Below, in pieces: positions 1 through 13,830 of a stretch of 64,000 bases of DNA. Source of the DNA: Eledone cirrhosa (taxonomy: Eukaryota); assembly GCA_964016885.1 (NCBI GenBank), contig OZ024748.1, positions 52,638,001 through 52,702,000 of the forward strand, in the 5' to 3' direction. The translations under genes and the position numbers were made by a program. Numbering within the stretch: the stretch's first letter is position 1; the number at the start of each line of letters is the position of its first letter. Below the pieces are notes generated by a model. That model was given only the letters and a program-made list of their open reading frames with translations. It was not told the DNA's origin and ran no database searches.

Positions 1-1461
1 CATGTTTAGTGAAACCTTTATTTATCTCATTTTGTTTTCTTCAAGTTTCCATCTTTGGGGCAACTATTTCTACCTGACACCACCACTTAAACCTGACATC
101 AGGTATTGTTTTCATTTTTTTTTTGTCTGTCTTTCCTTCCATTTTATGTCTAATTACATAGCAACCTGCAGCCATGACAAAATTTATCTCACTACTACCC
201 TTCTACCTTCTCTCCTTCTCCATCTCGGAAATTTAAGAGAATTTTGTTATTGGTAGCTTTCATTAAGTTCCTGCTTTGTTAGTCTGTTTGCTTTTTATTT
301 GTTTTTTGGTTTGCATTTTTTTTACTTCCTCACTCTACTAATAAATTTTCTTTTACAATTCTAGTAGGGGACCTCCCTGATCGTTCACACCTGCCAATAA
401 TTAAGGAAATAAATATATAAAATAATAAATAAATATACATACAAGCCTATGCTTTCTATTAAAGCATAGCTTGGGATACAAGATATTAGTTGATGTCTAG
501 ACAATACTTTGGAAATTTTCAGTAATGTCAAAACCAATAACAGAAGGACACAAACAAAACTAGATTTGTCACAAGAATCACTTGGACGCTTTTGTTCTCA
601 ATCTATGTAGGTAAAATAGATGGAAGTAAAAACAGAAACAAAAAATAGTCCTGTTAGAAAATTTCTGATTTTGATGGTATGGTAAATGACATTTATTTAG
701 CTTTAAGAACATTAGCTTCCAAATTTCCACCACCATCTCTTTAAGCTGTCATCTCAAGTACTTGGTTCACAAGCTCCAAGTTCTTTTGCTAATAATCTCA
801 ACACTGATGTCAGTGAGACACAACCAAAATTCTAACAGAATAATATTCTATTAGGCCAGACAGTATTTTACTTTTCTAATGTTTTACTAAGTCCAATTTA
901 AGGGCCATCACTAATTCCTCAACTGGCGGTTTTTCTACAATAGTTTCTTAGAACACAACTGAAGACAGGTAAGTACTTAGTAAAACATTTACTGTTGAAG
1001 ACATAAAAAGAAATATATCTAAATTTTATATCTACTTTAAAAAGAAATTAAATTTGATAATATAAAATATAAGAGACATTTAATTATTCATTATTAATCT
1101 ATAAATTAGAGCAGTGGATTGGCAGTATGAGTAGAGTGTTAAACAAGATGTTTTGTGGCATAGAGTTACAGCCCTTTATGCTCTGAGTTCAAATCTTGTG
1201 CTAAAGAAGATCCATACATCAGTACAAGCACAACAATGTGATCATAAACACTAAAAAAATATGAAGGCTATGATTTACTCTTCTATGATCTAGCTACCAT
1301 ACCTACTATATATTTCTGATTGAGTAATAGGGAAAAGAAGGGCATCTGATTGGTCCATATCTATCTCCCTTCACCATTTTACATTACCTACCATCACCAT
1401 CATTATCATTCTTATTAACACTATCATTCTCTCTCTTTCTCTCTAGATATATATATATATT

Positions 1462-1799
1462 GGAGGCACATGGCTTAGTGGTTAGAGCATTGGCCTTGCA
1501 ATCGAAAGGTTGTGAGTTCAATTCTCAGACCGGGTGATGTGTTGTTTCCTTGAGCAAGACACTTTATTTCACATTGCTCCAGTTTACTCACTGTAGAAAT
1601 GAGATGATAGGGACTGGGTTCCCTATCATTCCACTGAAAAGTGGTCGTGGAGGTGCCACGGCAAAAAAGCACGCAGCACTCACTCTAAATGAGGTTGGTG
1701 TTAGGAAGGGCATCCAGCTGTAGAAATCAAGCCAGAATCAGTTCCCGTCCCACCCTTGCAAGCACGGAAAAGCAGACGTAAAATGATGATGATGATGAT
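1462..1799 (+). mobile_element. tRNA-derived CORE-type SINE (family 1) with RTE-like 3' tail
   Basis: tRNA-like head with A box (TGGCTTAGTGG) and B box (GAGTTCAATTC); CORE-like CCTTGAGCAAGACACTTTA...CAGTTTACTCACTGTAGAAATG; tail GGTTGGTGTTAGGAAGGGCATCCAG shared with the RTE 3'UTR; ends in (GAT)n; several near-identical copies in the window. Confidence 0.9.
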
Positions 1800-1805
1800 T
1801 TATAT

Positions 1806-2510
1806 ATGCTCCGCTGGATGTGTAATAGTAATATACGTGAACAGCAAAGCATAAATGAACTATGTGAGAAATTAGGAATAAGAGGGATCAGATGCCGTTT
1901 ACTTGAGAGAAGACTATGTTAGTATGGTCACGTGACATGCAGGAAAGATGACAGCTATATATAAAAAGTGCAGGGCGATCAAAATTGATGCAAGTAGGCA
2001 GACCCAGAAAAACCTGGGACGATTTGATAAATTCTGACCTTATACACTTACACCTCTCTAAGACAATGTCACTGGACCGAGATCTTTGGCACTATGCAGT
2101 AATACAGAAGACCTGCCTTGCCTAAGTACAAAGCGAAACCTACAGTCAGTAGGCACCTCTTAATCAAATATACACCCCCATCCCACTACCCCAACTCCCA
2201 TCAACACCACGCCTTTCTCTGTAAAGTTATGTTGGTACCACAACGTCCAGTCCTAAATAAATGAGGTCGTGTATGTGTCACGGCAAAAAAACACACAGTC
2301 CATGCTGTAATGTGGCCGTGTAGGTAACACGGTAAAAACCTCTCAGTCCACACTGTAAATGTGGTTGGTGTTAGGAAGGGCATCCAGCCGTAGAAAACCT
2401 GCCAGACAGTCCTATACGAGCGAGATGACCAATCTTGCCTCAAGTGGGACAATTCCCGTCTAAACCCATGCTAGCATGGAAGATAGATGTTAAACGATGA
2501 TGATGATGAT
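1806..2510 (+). mobile_element. RTE-clade LINE, 5'-truncated 3' fragment
   Basis: Homologous to 56651-57360 (MLRWMCNSNIRE...RLCWYGHV...GRPRKTW, 3'UTR, (GAT)n tail); contains stops and deletions. Confidence 0.9.
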
Positions 2511-2520
2511 ATATATATAT

Positions 2521-2910
2521 AAAAAAAATTAACGAAGATCGCTGGTATTAATTCAATAGTCTCCAGCTAGCGTCTAGCTCACTCAATGAATTTACTGAAT
2601 TGCAGTCATGGAGTTGCAATCAGCCATTCAGAGTGCACACATTTAGTTTTAGCAGATGCGGTGGCAGTGTTCAGGTAGAGAGAAAGGTGAAATTCTCGTC
2701 CCTTGGACGATATCGTTTCTGTGCAACATATCTTCACAAATGCACGATGAACGAGTGATGTTAGAGCAGCGAAATCTTGCATGCAATAATTTCAACTCTT
2801 CTTACTAATAACTGCATTGTTTCTTTCCAGAGATTCTGTTGAAAAATAAACCTCATTTGGTCATTCCATGAGAGTATCTTGGTCAGCCTATGAAGTTTTC
2901 ATCTGGCCTT
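2521..2910 (-). mobile_element. Degenerate hammerhead-bearing Penelope-like remnant
   Basis: Minus strand reads TTTG-TGAAGA-TATG-TTG-CACA-GAAAC-GATATC-GTC-CAAGGG (about 2698-2741): the first core C is missing, stem III ACGATATCGT is palindromic; bounded by TA-rich tracts. Confidence 0.4.
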
Positions 2911-3189
2911 TGTATGTATGCATGCATGGATGGATGGATGGATGCATGGATGGATTCATGCATGCATGCATGTATGTATATGTATATATATATATATATG
3001 TATGTATGCATGTATATATGTATGGGTGGATGTGTGAATGTATGTATATATATATATATGTGTATGTATCACACTTATCTAACAAAATAACACACAAGTA
3101 TGTTGCTATACAGCTTTTCTTTTCTTTTGTTATGTTTGTTGTTTATTTTTGCTTTTTATGACAGTTTCCAATTATGGAATAACAACAAC

Positions 3190-3422
3190 ATTATCCTGCC
3201 AAATCCACCTTGTATGGAATATTCCAAAGTAAAAGAGAGAAAAGGTTAACAGGAGAAAATAGCATCAAACAATGGACTGACATGGAATTTTCTAACCCAA
3301 AGTATATCAGAAAACTGAAGAACACTGAATTCTAGTCTAATTGTATTCAGTGGTGCTCCAATGGTCGTCTTCTTCTACTTCTAGGCTATGGGACAGATGA
3401 TGACGATGATGATGATGATGAC
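3190..3422 (+). mobile_element. Degenerate RTE/RTEX-type LINE 3' end
   Basis: Decayed coding-like stretch (PAKSTLYG...NSIKQWT) followed by TGGTGCTCCAATGG...CTATGGGACAGATGATGA and a (GAT)n tail. Confidence 0.55.
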
Positions 3423-3526
3423 AAAAATGTGATTATGAAAATGGTGGTATATACAGTTCTAGAAAATTGATTTATGTTAATAGCTGATTAACATTGCTGT
3501 CTGATAACTACTTAGTTAATATGAGC

Positions 3527-3561
<35 letters not shown>

Positions 3562-3570
3562 TAATAGTGA

Positions 3571-3611
<41 letters not shown>

Positions 3612-3620
3612 TAATAGTGA

Positions 3621-3659
<39 letters not shown>

Positions 3660-6370
3660 TAATAGTGTGTATGATATGGATTATTTAAAAGGCTGCACAA
3701 TTGATCAAAACTTCTACCACATAAATTATATTGTACCCTTAGGAAAGATATTTTACTTATTCCAAGCAACCTAATTGAAAATTAGACACCCTCCCTCTCA
3801 TGTCACGGTCGAGAAATTGGCCATCCAGCTGTAAAATACTTCTTCAGGAACAATTCATTACATATAACCAAATTCTAAGAGCCATTCTTCTCAAACTCAA
3901 AAGAAAAAAAAAACAGATACACAAGCATTAATAGAAAAATATACAAACACACACACACACGCATATACATATATATATATACTTACAAAGATGTGTGCTC
4001 ACATACATATGCAACATATTTTGAAATCTCTGTAAGGCCAAAATGTTTAAGATTCTTAAAACAGCCTTTGTTCTTTTGAACTGGCTATATTCAAGCAATA
4101 TTTTATCAGATTTACTAACTCATAAATTCCTTCATTGCATGAAAAATAAATCAATAAACAGATAGCTAGCTAGATTGGTAGATAGATAGATAGGTAGACT
4201 ATGAGATAACATATACATGGATAGATCATATACATACATACATATATCCATGCATACATACATACATACATATATATACAGATATATACATATATATACA
4301 TACATACATACACACATATATACGTACATACACACAGATATACATATATACATACATATATCCATACATACATACAGACACATACATATATACATATATA
4401 TACATACACACTCATACATACACATATTCATACATATGTACATAGATATATAGATATTTGATAAAATGGTGGGAAATTGATAATGAAGAAAATCTTTAAT
4501 GAAAAATATATTAAAACTAACTCCCTTTAGGCATGAAAAAAAAAGGCTGCATATAAAGAATATGTTGCCTCTGGAGAATGCAACATATGACTTTGAGACA
4601 AGATATTAAAAGTTTATGAGATATAGAATTTGGTTCATCGAAAAGAAAAACAAAACTGCTTGAGTACTTTGCAAAAGTTTAACAAATGAAGTATTTTACT
4701 TCTCAAAATCTTCAGTATTTTACTTCTCAAAATCTTCAGAAGATTTTATAACAATAAAATATGAATTTATGATAAGAAATGTTGTATGTAGTGTGTATTG
4801 GTTTTTAGATTTTCCTGTTGGAATCATTATTATTATACATATTGAAACTAATAAGAATAAATTCAATCTGCTAATGTGATAGAGACAATTGCTTCGTGCT
4901 TTATAATCAAGAGTTAAAATCAAAGAATGAACAGTTCTATTGACTTCTGCTGGATGGAAAAATTAGATTTGTAAAACTTGTGTTTTCCCAAGGGTAGACG
5001 CTGCTAAATGAAGGGAAATAACCATGAATAAGTATTAAAACCGTTTTGGCAATCTCATGTTGTTAGGAACTTACCTATAACATAAGAAAGAATGTTTGTC
5101 ATTCAACTAATTGAAAACCAAAACTGGAAGCAGAAAACTAAAAGTTTGCTTTTCATTGAAATAATAGATACAAAATGGATAACTAGCATAAAATAGAACG
5201 AGGAAGAGAGATGAAAATGTGAGAAAATAAGAGATGGAGAAAAAATGCAGGAGGATAAGGAAAGATTAAGAAGAAACATAGGAAAATCTATTCAAAGAGA
5301 TAGAGAGAAGTAGAGAAGTATGTAGAGAAAGATATCAGAATATGTGTCAGTCATTTAGTAAAATGTTCTCTGTGAATCTGACAGTGAGGAAGAATAAAAA
5401 CGAGCATAACTTGTGATAACCTTTCTCCATTATCTTTGTTAATAATGAATGTAATTACTACATTCTCATTAGAACGGTCAATGGAATTAGAATCAAGTGA
5501 CAAAGTGTTCCATACGGACTGTTTGTGTAGTGGCTACCAAACTAATGGCTATTTAGGAACGGGGATAAGTGTTTTGCCTGTTTGCTATCTAAACACCTCA
5601 TACTTTGAAGACACTTGTGAATAGATTGTAAAATTGATTGTTTAAGAGATTATCAGCATTTCTCATTAGGATGAAACACACAAGAACTAATATTTCTTTC
5701 CATTAGACAGAAATGAGAGAAAAGACAATAATGAGAGATGGAATTTTAATCTAAACCTTTCACAAACTTTAGAAATATAACAAAATACTTTAACCAAAAT
5801 ACTACCAATATTTGGTTGAGATGATTGGGGAGGGACTCCTTTGCTTTCATCTTTTTGTCATGTATATTTTTTTGTGTGGGTGTATTTCAGCAGAAAAAAC
5901 AAAAGACTTGCTTTTATCATACAATGTTTAATTACAAGAAGGCCTAGAAGAGATTAATAGATGTGATAGAGAGTAATACAAGAGAAATTAATCCTAAGGT
6001 GTTGACTTCAAAAACAAGATGATGTTAATAATGAATGATTTCTAACAATTTTTTGGGAAGGGGAAAGTCGATTAAATCAACCCCAGTTCATTACTGGTAC
6101 ATTTTTTTTATCGATCCTATAAGAATGACACGCGTGTTGTTTGTTTTGTTGTTTCCATTTACTTCATTCTTATACAGGTTCACAATCTTTTAGCCGAAAT
6201 TCGTTTCTATTTTTTAAGTATGTATTTTATAGACTGGAATGGAGATGAAGAAGAAAAAAATGTCAATGTGTGGAAAGATAAAAAAAACTTTAAAATCTAT
6301 GCTAAAAATCTTCCATTGTGAAATCCAAAAAGTGTCTGGTCCCAAGGTTTTTGGATAAGAGGTTATGAAC

Positions 6371-6414
<44 letters not shown>

Positions 6415-6418
<4 letters not shown>

Positions 6419-6560
6419 GTTTCTACTATTGGCACAAGGCCAGAAATTACCCAGTACATTACTGGTACTTTATTTTATCGACCCCGTAAGGATGAAAGGC
6501 AAAGTTAACCTCGGCGGGATTTGAACTTAGAATGGCAAGGGCCGTAACTCTATGCGTCAA
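6415..6560 (-). mobile_element. SINE family 2 (GCCTTTCATCCTTACGGGGTCGATAAAATAAAGTACCAG core), partial
   Basis: Reverse complement of the 49870-50056 family. Confidence 0.85.
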
Positions 6561-7178
6561 ACCATATATTATATATATATATATAATACAATGCAAGAGA
6601 ACTCCTCACTGTAACTGATCAGATTGCAAGGATATTCTACAGAAATACTAAAGTTTTACAGTAATGTTCAATGTTTCCACAGTGAAACTATCAGTATAGA
6701 CAGAAAGAGATAATTTAAGCCAGAGAACAAAAGGAGAAAGACTGAAGTTGGTGTCTTTCTGAATATAATAATAGAATAAGTATTAAATTCACATCAAACT
6801 ACTGCACCAATTTATGAACATGCAGCAGTACTTTATAAATGGTATATACATATATATGTATGTATATATTATATGTATGTATATATTATATGTATGTATG
6901 TGTATATTATATGTATGTATATATTATATGTATGTATGTATGTATATATATATTATATGTATATATTATATGTATATATTATATGTATATATTATATGTA
7001 TATATTATATGTATATATTATATGTATATTATATGGATGTATATATTATATGTATATATGTATATATGTATATATGTATATATTATATGTATGCATGTAT
7101 GTATGTATGTATGTATGTATGTATGTGTGTGTGTGTCTATCTATCTATTGATATATACATATGTGTGTCTATCTCTCG

Positions 7179-7217
<39 letters not shown>

Positions 7218-8303
7218 TACATATGTGTGTGTATGTATATATGTATAGTTCAAGGAAACAATAGAGGTACAAAAAGTCTTATTATATATATATTGTGTGT
7301 GTGTATATGTTTATATACACACACACATTAGCAATTTGGTAAACCTGACTATTGTACCCAAATGCAAATAAATAAATGCTTTAATATATTAATATACTCC
7401 ATATTATTCAGATAATTGCAATTTATAAGGTAAGCTTTCACATATAACTAAATAGCTATTTGCATGTGTGCATTTAAAAGTATGTGTGTGGATGGGCATA
7501 CACAGACACATACATACATACATACACACACACTCACAGATGCATACACAGACATTACAACAATCACCATTATTAGAATATTCCTGAAATCTATCATTCA
7601 CACATATGGCAGTTATCTCACAACAAAGCTAACAGATGCCCCCATTCCTCACAAAAATATAATGGCAATCTAATGAGGATTCCTCTAACTGATCAAGGCT
7701 TTATTCTATCTCTTAACTGAGAATGAACTCAGTTAATTAATATTGTCTATGCTTGATCCCTTTCAAAGCCTTGATACACTAATTAGATCTTCATTCCATG
7801 CTGATATATCAATCTAACATCTCTTTCCTCACTTCATTTTCTAGCCAGTTTATACACATATTATGCTGCTTTCATTTTCGTCCATGCAATGATATTGTTT
7901 AACAGAACAAATGCAAAATTGCAGCCACTTTATTAATTTGTAGATTAGTGGTAGTATGTAACAATCTATTTGAAGCAGTTTTACAATGATTCACTATGAA
8001 TGTATGTGTGTCAGGCTCTACACGAACATGGATGAAATGATGTATGAAGCATGAATGTATAACACTAACTCAGTGATCAGTTGTGTATTCTGTATCAACT
8101 GCATTTTGAGCTGGAGGTTTAATTCAACAAGCCACATCCAAGTGAGCTGTGATGTATAAAACTACCGGAGCTCCCTAAAAATGTTATCTGTGCTAAACTG
8201 GTCTCTTATTCAACTGAGCATTACTTTCACTCTCTAGCCACCATCATTTTGAAACCGTATATGTAATGTGTGTATTGACACAGGCATAGCTGGAGGCATT
8301 GAT

Positions 8304-8641
8304 GGAGGCACATGGCTTAGTGGTTAGAGCATTGGCCTTGCAATCGAAAGGTTGTGAGTTCAATTCTCAGACTGGGCGATGTGTTGTTTCCTTGAGCAAG
8401 ACACTTTATTTCACATTGTTCCAGTTTACTCAGCTGTAGAAATGAGATGCTAGGGACTGGGGTCCCTATCATTCCACTGCAAAGTGGTCGTGGAGGTGCC
8501 ATGGCAAAAAAGCACCCAGTACTCACTGTAAATGAGGTTGGTGTTAAGAAGGGCATCCAGCTGTAGAAATCAAGCCAGAATCAGTTCCTGTCCCACCCTT
8601 GCAAGCAGGGAAAAAGTGGACGTAAAATGAAATGATGATGA
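8304..8641 (+). mobile_element. CORE-type SINE family 1
   Basis: Full-length match to 1462-1799. Confidence 0.9.
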
Positions 8642-9005
8642 TAGCCACCTTGCCAATTACACTATAATACCCACATACACCCTCACACAACAAAATAGGG
8701 CCAATGCTTATATATGCACTCATCTTCCCACAAACTACAACAAAATTATATTTTTTTGTCACAGCACCAGTCTGAAGAGCAGCTCAGTAATGGAGCCAGG
8801 TCCATAACTCTTATGGGTAACCTTGAGCCAATCCTCTGCTAAATGTGCATAACAGGTCAATACACAATAAATGCCTTTTACATGTAAATGAAACTTCAAT
8901 TTTTTCTAATATATACACTCAGCCTGTGCATTGAGTGCTTGCTTTGGTACCAACACCAGTAATTAACTGAAACACTTACACTATATATGTATGTATGTAT
9001 GTGTG

Positions 9006-9621
9006 TTGGGTCACTCTTGAGTGTTACTGGTAAGATGTAACCCAGTACAACCTGTCGCACGGTCGGGTCATCGGTGACGAAACCGGCAACCCCACCAGGT
9101 TTACTTGGTGAAGAGGGTGATTTTGAACACCCTGAAGGACAAAAAACAAAACCTGACAAAGGGCGGAAGAACTCATAAGAGTCAACGACCATCCAAAAGT
9201 ATGTAAATATATATATACACATGTATATATGTATATGTGTATATACATGGGTGCATGTGTATCTATATGCGCGGGAACATAGAAATAGTTGGGCTGGACA
9301 TCCAATCGTGCGGTTAAACCACTGGGAGTGAAGGGCCCCTAGCCTTTGTCAGGGCATTCTTCTAGGAGAAGGCAACTCAGGGAACTGGGATAACTCCGAT
9401 ATAAAACCTGTGGCTCAGTAGTTAACAATGATGTTGGTGTTTTCTTCTTTTCGGGTTATATCTACTGTCGCTTAGAGAGTGGGATTGGCTCAGTGCACAG
9501 TCTTTCCTCACTTCAAAAAATATCTTCACGCACCGGCATTGCATGATAGAATTAATTAATAATTATTAATAATGTTATATCGTGCAATGGCCATACTCGA
9601 TAACGAGGGGGCAGCCATCAT
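9006..9621 (+). mobile_element. Non-autonomous RTE-derived element (5'UTR joined to 3' end)
   Basis: RTE-like 5'UTR motif CTAGGAGAAGGCAACTC...TATAAAACC; 3' end TGGCCATACTCGATAACGAGGGGGCAGCCATCA; homologous to 41838-42334 and 42335-42948 on the minus strand. Confidence 0.7.
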
Positions 9622-9874
9622 GTAGGTATGTATGTAAACAATATTTCAAATTTGTGGTTGACAAAAGTACCAGTCAAGTACTGGGGTTTATTCTTGCTCT
9701 ATACCTCTCTCTAACACCCATTCTCTCATCTTCTATATTTCTTTAGATTAAATTTGCTGTATTCAGACCTGCAGAGGACATGGGTTCTATCAGGTTTTAA
9801 AATACCCAAGAAATGTTGTACATCAATGTAACACCCCCATGACTCCCTCGACAGTTACAGGACCATACTTACAT

Positions 9875-10037
9875 ATCATCATCATCATCATTGATTAACG
9901 TCTATCTTCCATGCTAGCATGGGTCAGACGGGTCCCATTTAGAGGCAAGTTGGGTCAAATGACCGTGTCTTGCTCATATAGGAGTGTTTCTAGCTGGTTT
10001 TCTACGGCAGGATGCCCTTTCTAACACCAACCACATT
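9875..10037 (-). mobile_element. RTE/SINE 3' tail fragment
   Basis: (CAT)n then CTTCCATGCTAGCATGGG...GGATGCCCTTTCTAACACCAACC, the reverse complement of the RTE 3'UTR end. Confidence 0.75.
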
Positions 10038-10718
10038 GACATACATTATTAATATTAAAAATATCATGTCGCAACAGACCGACACTTTGTATTTCTAGTG
10101 CCACATTGAGGGCAAAACCAATTATCAATTCCTACATCAAGCTCTCATTTAACAACAGGCAAGGCCATATAGAGATAAAAACAAAAGCATTATCAGCGAG
10201 AAGTGTCAACCCACTCAACAAGCAATATACTTGCAGGTACTTCTCTTTACCTCTGGTTGTTGCTGGAGTTGCTGCTGCTGTTGTTGTAGCTGCTACAATT
10301 GCCTTTATTCTATAACAAATCATCATCTAGGCGGTTTGGTTCAATGAATATATGTGCAGCAGGTGTTGTTGTTGGTGCAGCTGAGATTACACTTGTTCAA
10401 GCAGATGTTTTTTTGCTGCTATTTTAGTTTAATTGTTGCCTCATTTTCTGCAGTTTCTGCTGCTACAGCTGCAATTGTTATTGCAATGATTTTCTTTTGT
10501 TGCTGTTAATAAGAGTTATTGTTATTGTAATGTCATAATAATCACCATTTCTTTACACAAAGCTTTTTTTCCTATTAAGAGTAACAAAGTTTCTAGATAG
10601 AATCAAAAAACAACAGAAAAAAAAAAAATAATAATAATAACAACAATAACATTATATTGTTTAGGGGATGGAATGACACATAACAAAACAATTCTATATG
10701 TCTAGAAAGATAGACATA

Positions 10719-10815
10719 CAAGGTGTCCCGCAAAAAATGTACACACACTTCAAAAGCATTCTAATAAATATTACCGTATAGATAATCAAAATTGTGTATA
10801 CATTTTTTGGAACAT
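10719..10815. mobile_element. Tc1/mariner-type MITE, degenerate
   Basis: CAAGGTGTCCCGCAAAAAATGTACACACA ... TGTGTATACATTTTTTGGAACA imperfect TIRs in a TA context. Confidence 0.5.
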
Positions 10816-11072
10816 ATATTTTGGTATATATATATATATATATGTTGACAATATTTTCAAAAGATAATGTGGCAAAGCAAAAGAGATGTTACATAAGACT
10901 AAGGAGCATTACATTCAAGGGAGATAATTTCTCGACGTTAATTATCTTTGTAAATTCAAGTATAGATAACAAGCATAGTTTTGTTGTGATAACCAGTTCC
11001 TGGTTGGAACTGGTTAAACTAGAGTTAAACACCTCCACAACATGTGTACCTGTCTCTACCACACCAATTCGG

Positions 11073-11127
11073 ACTGCCTGAAGAGGTCACAGCCAAGGAT
11101 GGCTGTCACTGAAATATATATAGCAAT
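11073..11127 (+). ncRNA. Minimal type I hammerhead ribozyme in a PLE-like element (about 10843-11277)
   Basis: ACTGC-CTGAAGA-GGTCACAGCC(AAGGAT)GGCTGTCACT-GAAA-TATATA-TA-GCAAT; palindromic stem III; the element is flanked by (TA)n and its tail contains GAGTGC. Confidence 0.75.
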
Positions 11128-11367
11128 ACACCTTTAATAAACAAAGCCAGATTTTAAATATTTGACTTACTTTATTTTACATTACTCTGGAGTAACCAAA
11201 CCAACCTGCGTACTTCGTCGAGTGCTCCAATCTGCATACTGAGGTGTCGGTAAACAACCAACATATACTCAAAATTTATATATATATATATATATATATA
11301 CATACATACATATATATATATACATACATATATATTTATATATACATACATATATATGCCTCTTTAC

Positions 11368-12270
11368 ATTCATCATCATCACCGTTTTATGTCCATTCTT
11401 CCATACTAGCATGGGTTGGCTGAGTTATCCTGTTGTGGACAATGCCAGGTCGGGTGATCATGTCTTGCTCCTACAGAACTGATTCTGGCTTGATTTCTAC
11501 ATCTGGGTGCCCTTCCTAACACCAACCTCATTTACAGTGTGTACGGCATGCTTTTTTACTGTGGCGCCTACACAACCACTTCGGTGTGGGCTGGGTACTT
11601 TTTTTGTTGTGACACCTACACAACTACTTTACAGTGGGAGTGGGCATACTGACTATATGCTTCAGCTTCGGCTTGTACCTGTGGGAAGTTGGGTCTTCTG
11701 TATTACTACATAACACCAGAGGTCTCGGTCCTGTGTCATTGCCTTTGAGAGGTGCAATTGGGCAAGGTCAGCTTTTATCACCTCATCCCAGGTCTTCTTG
11801 GGTCTCCCCACTCCAAGGCTTCCATTGACTTTTAGTGCTCTGCACCTTTTTATGCAACAGTCATCCTTCATACTCATCACATGTCCATACCAATGCAATC
11901 TCCTCTCCAGAACACAACATTTGATACCTCTTATGCTTAGTCTCTCTCAATTCGTTTATGCTTTGCTGTTTGTATATATTACTATTACACACCCATCGGA
12001 GCATGCAAGCTTCATTTCCTTCTAATCTACGCCTGTCTTCTTCACACAATCATGTAACATTGATGTTCATATGCACGCATCATACAGTCTGCCTTTCATT
12101 TTGAGGGAAACGCCTTTTGCAGCTAGCAGTGATAGTAGCTCCCTGAAATTCTTCCATCCCGTTCTTATCCTGGTTACTGTACTTTCAGAACACCCACCTT
12201 TGCTGCTAATTTGGTCACTTAGGTAGCAGAACCTGTCTACTGTTTCTACAGAGCCCTCCCAGAATTTGGA
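11368..12270 (-). mobile_element. RTE-clade LINE 3' fragment (related subfamily)
   Basis: ORF track WYGHVMSMKDDCCIKRCRALKVNGSLGVGRPKKTW; upstream FCYLSDQISSKGGCSESTVTRIRTGWK; (CAT)n tail at the left end. Confidence 0.9.
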
Positions 12271-12314
12271 AGATCCAAGACGTCATTCACTTACTGAGTG
12301 AGCTGAAATTCATC

Positions 12315-12450
12315 CAATGTTTCCATTGGTATTTCCATTGCTGGTACTACTTATCAGTTGCAACTCCTGGTAGAAGGAATAATGTGAAATAACAAGTGTT
12401 GCTCAGCCTGGGAATTGAACTTGCACCTTCATCATTGTGAATCTAATTAT
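12315..12450 (-). mobile_element. SINE family 3 (CORE head, different tail), degenerate
   Basis: Similar to 50057-50270 and 63460-63665 (TGTTTCCATTGG...GTTGCAACTCCTGGTAGAAG...AATGTGAAATAA). Confidence 0.6.
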
Positions 12451-12543
12451 CTTGTCAGAAATATGGTCACAAAAGGATTAACAGGATAATAAGTCTTCAT
12501 TAAAAGCATTAGTTGCATATACTCTGCCCAGAGTAAGTCAGCT

Positions 12544-12664
12544 CACCAAAGACCTTTCTTGTTTGACAAAACCTGGGGTCAAATATGCTTCACATAACAT
12601 TTCACCAAAGACCTTTCTTGTTTGACAAAACCTGGAGTCAAATATGCTTCACATAACATTTCAC
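12544..12664. repeat. 59-bp tandem duplication
   Basis: CACCAAAGACCTTTCTTGTTTGACAAAACCTGG(G/A)GTCAAATATGCTTCACATAACATTT twice. Confidence 0.9.
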
Positions 12665-13013
12665 AGGGAACAATAAATAAATAAACAAACAAATAAATAA
12701 ATAAATAAATAAATAAAATAAATTAACAAATAAATAAAACAGTCACACTAAACAATGTCACAGTTGAATAAATTGAAAACACAGATAAAACTGAACGTTT
12801 TATTCTGTTTCAAATGCATTAACAATTTTACACAAGTTGAGTTGTTTTAGTGGGAACGTGAGTGTGTATAAAATTACACACCCATTATTATTGTGTGTGT
12901 GTATATAATTATATATATATATCTATCTATGCATATATATATGTATATATATATATATATGTATGCATATATATATGTATATATGTATATATGTATGCAT
13001 ATATATATATGTA

Positions 13014-13087
<74 letters not shown>

Positions 13088-13143
13088 CATGTATATATAT
13101 GTATATATACCTATATATGAATATATACATATATGTGTGTGTG

Positions 13144-13209
<66 letters not shown>

Positions 13210-13213
13210 CCTA

Positions 13214-13245
<32 letters not shown>

Positions 13246-13279
13246 CCTATATATGTGTGTGTATATATACCTATATATA

Positions 13280-13357
<78 letters not shown>

Positions 13358-13619
13358 TTTGAGTGCCAAAATATTTATGTCCTGTGAGATAGTTTAAACC
13401 CACACAGTCATGAAGGAACATAATATCGCTTTATGGAGAATAATTCCTCAGTGGAATTATTCCAAAATTTCTTAAACAAAACTAATGTTCTTTAATAATA
13501 ATATCACCCCACAATAAATACTAAATCCTGAAACCAGACACAAATTGATTCCAGCTTTGCTACTCTCTGACCTATGAAGAATTTTCATCCTACTGAAATA
13601 CAGCAACGCACTAGGAATG

Positions 13620-13830
13620 ATAATTGTTTTTGATTTAGAAACGAGGCCAACAATTTGGAGGAGAAGAAAGTCAATCAACTCGACCCCAGTGTGAAACTGG
13701 TACTTTATTTTATTGAGCTTGTAAAGATGAAAAGCAAAGTTAGCCACAGAGGGATTTGAACTCAGAACGTAAAGGGCCGTAACTCTATGCTACATAGCTT
13801 TCTGTCCGGTGCTCTACCGATACTGCTAAA
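13620..13830 (-). mobile_element. SINE family 2 variant
   Basis: CTGGTACTTTATTTTATTGAG...GGATTTGAACTCAGAACGTAAAGGGCCGTAACTCTATGC. Confidence 0.75.

Noticed and set aside
900-975. Possible plus-strand exon ending CAG|GTAAGT
   Set aside because: No convincing acceptor or open frame upstream; the nearby CTGAAGA has no hammerhead stems
1462-1535. tRNA gene
   Set aside because: tRNA-like SINE head continuing into CORE and tail; acceptor and anticodon stems do not pair properly
9006-9095. HDV-like ribozyme at the 5' end of the RTE-derived element (GG-YGA-C(G/T)AA-ACYGG)
   Set aside because: A J4/2-like motif is present and RTE 5' ends can carry such ribozymes, but I could not build consistent P1 and L3 elements by eye; needs an RNArobo/Infernal search on the consensus
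12862-13421. Long YI/IY, CV and HT ORFs here and throughout the window
   Set aside because: Translations of (TA)n/(TG)n/(CA)n microsatellites, which lack stop codons
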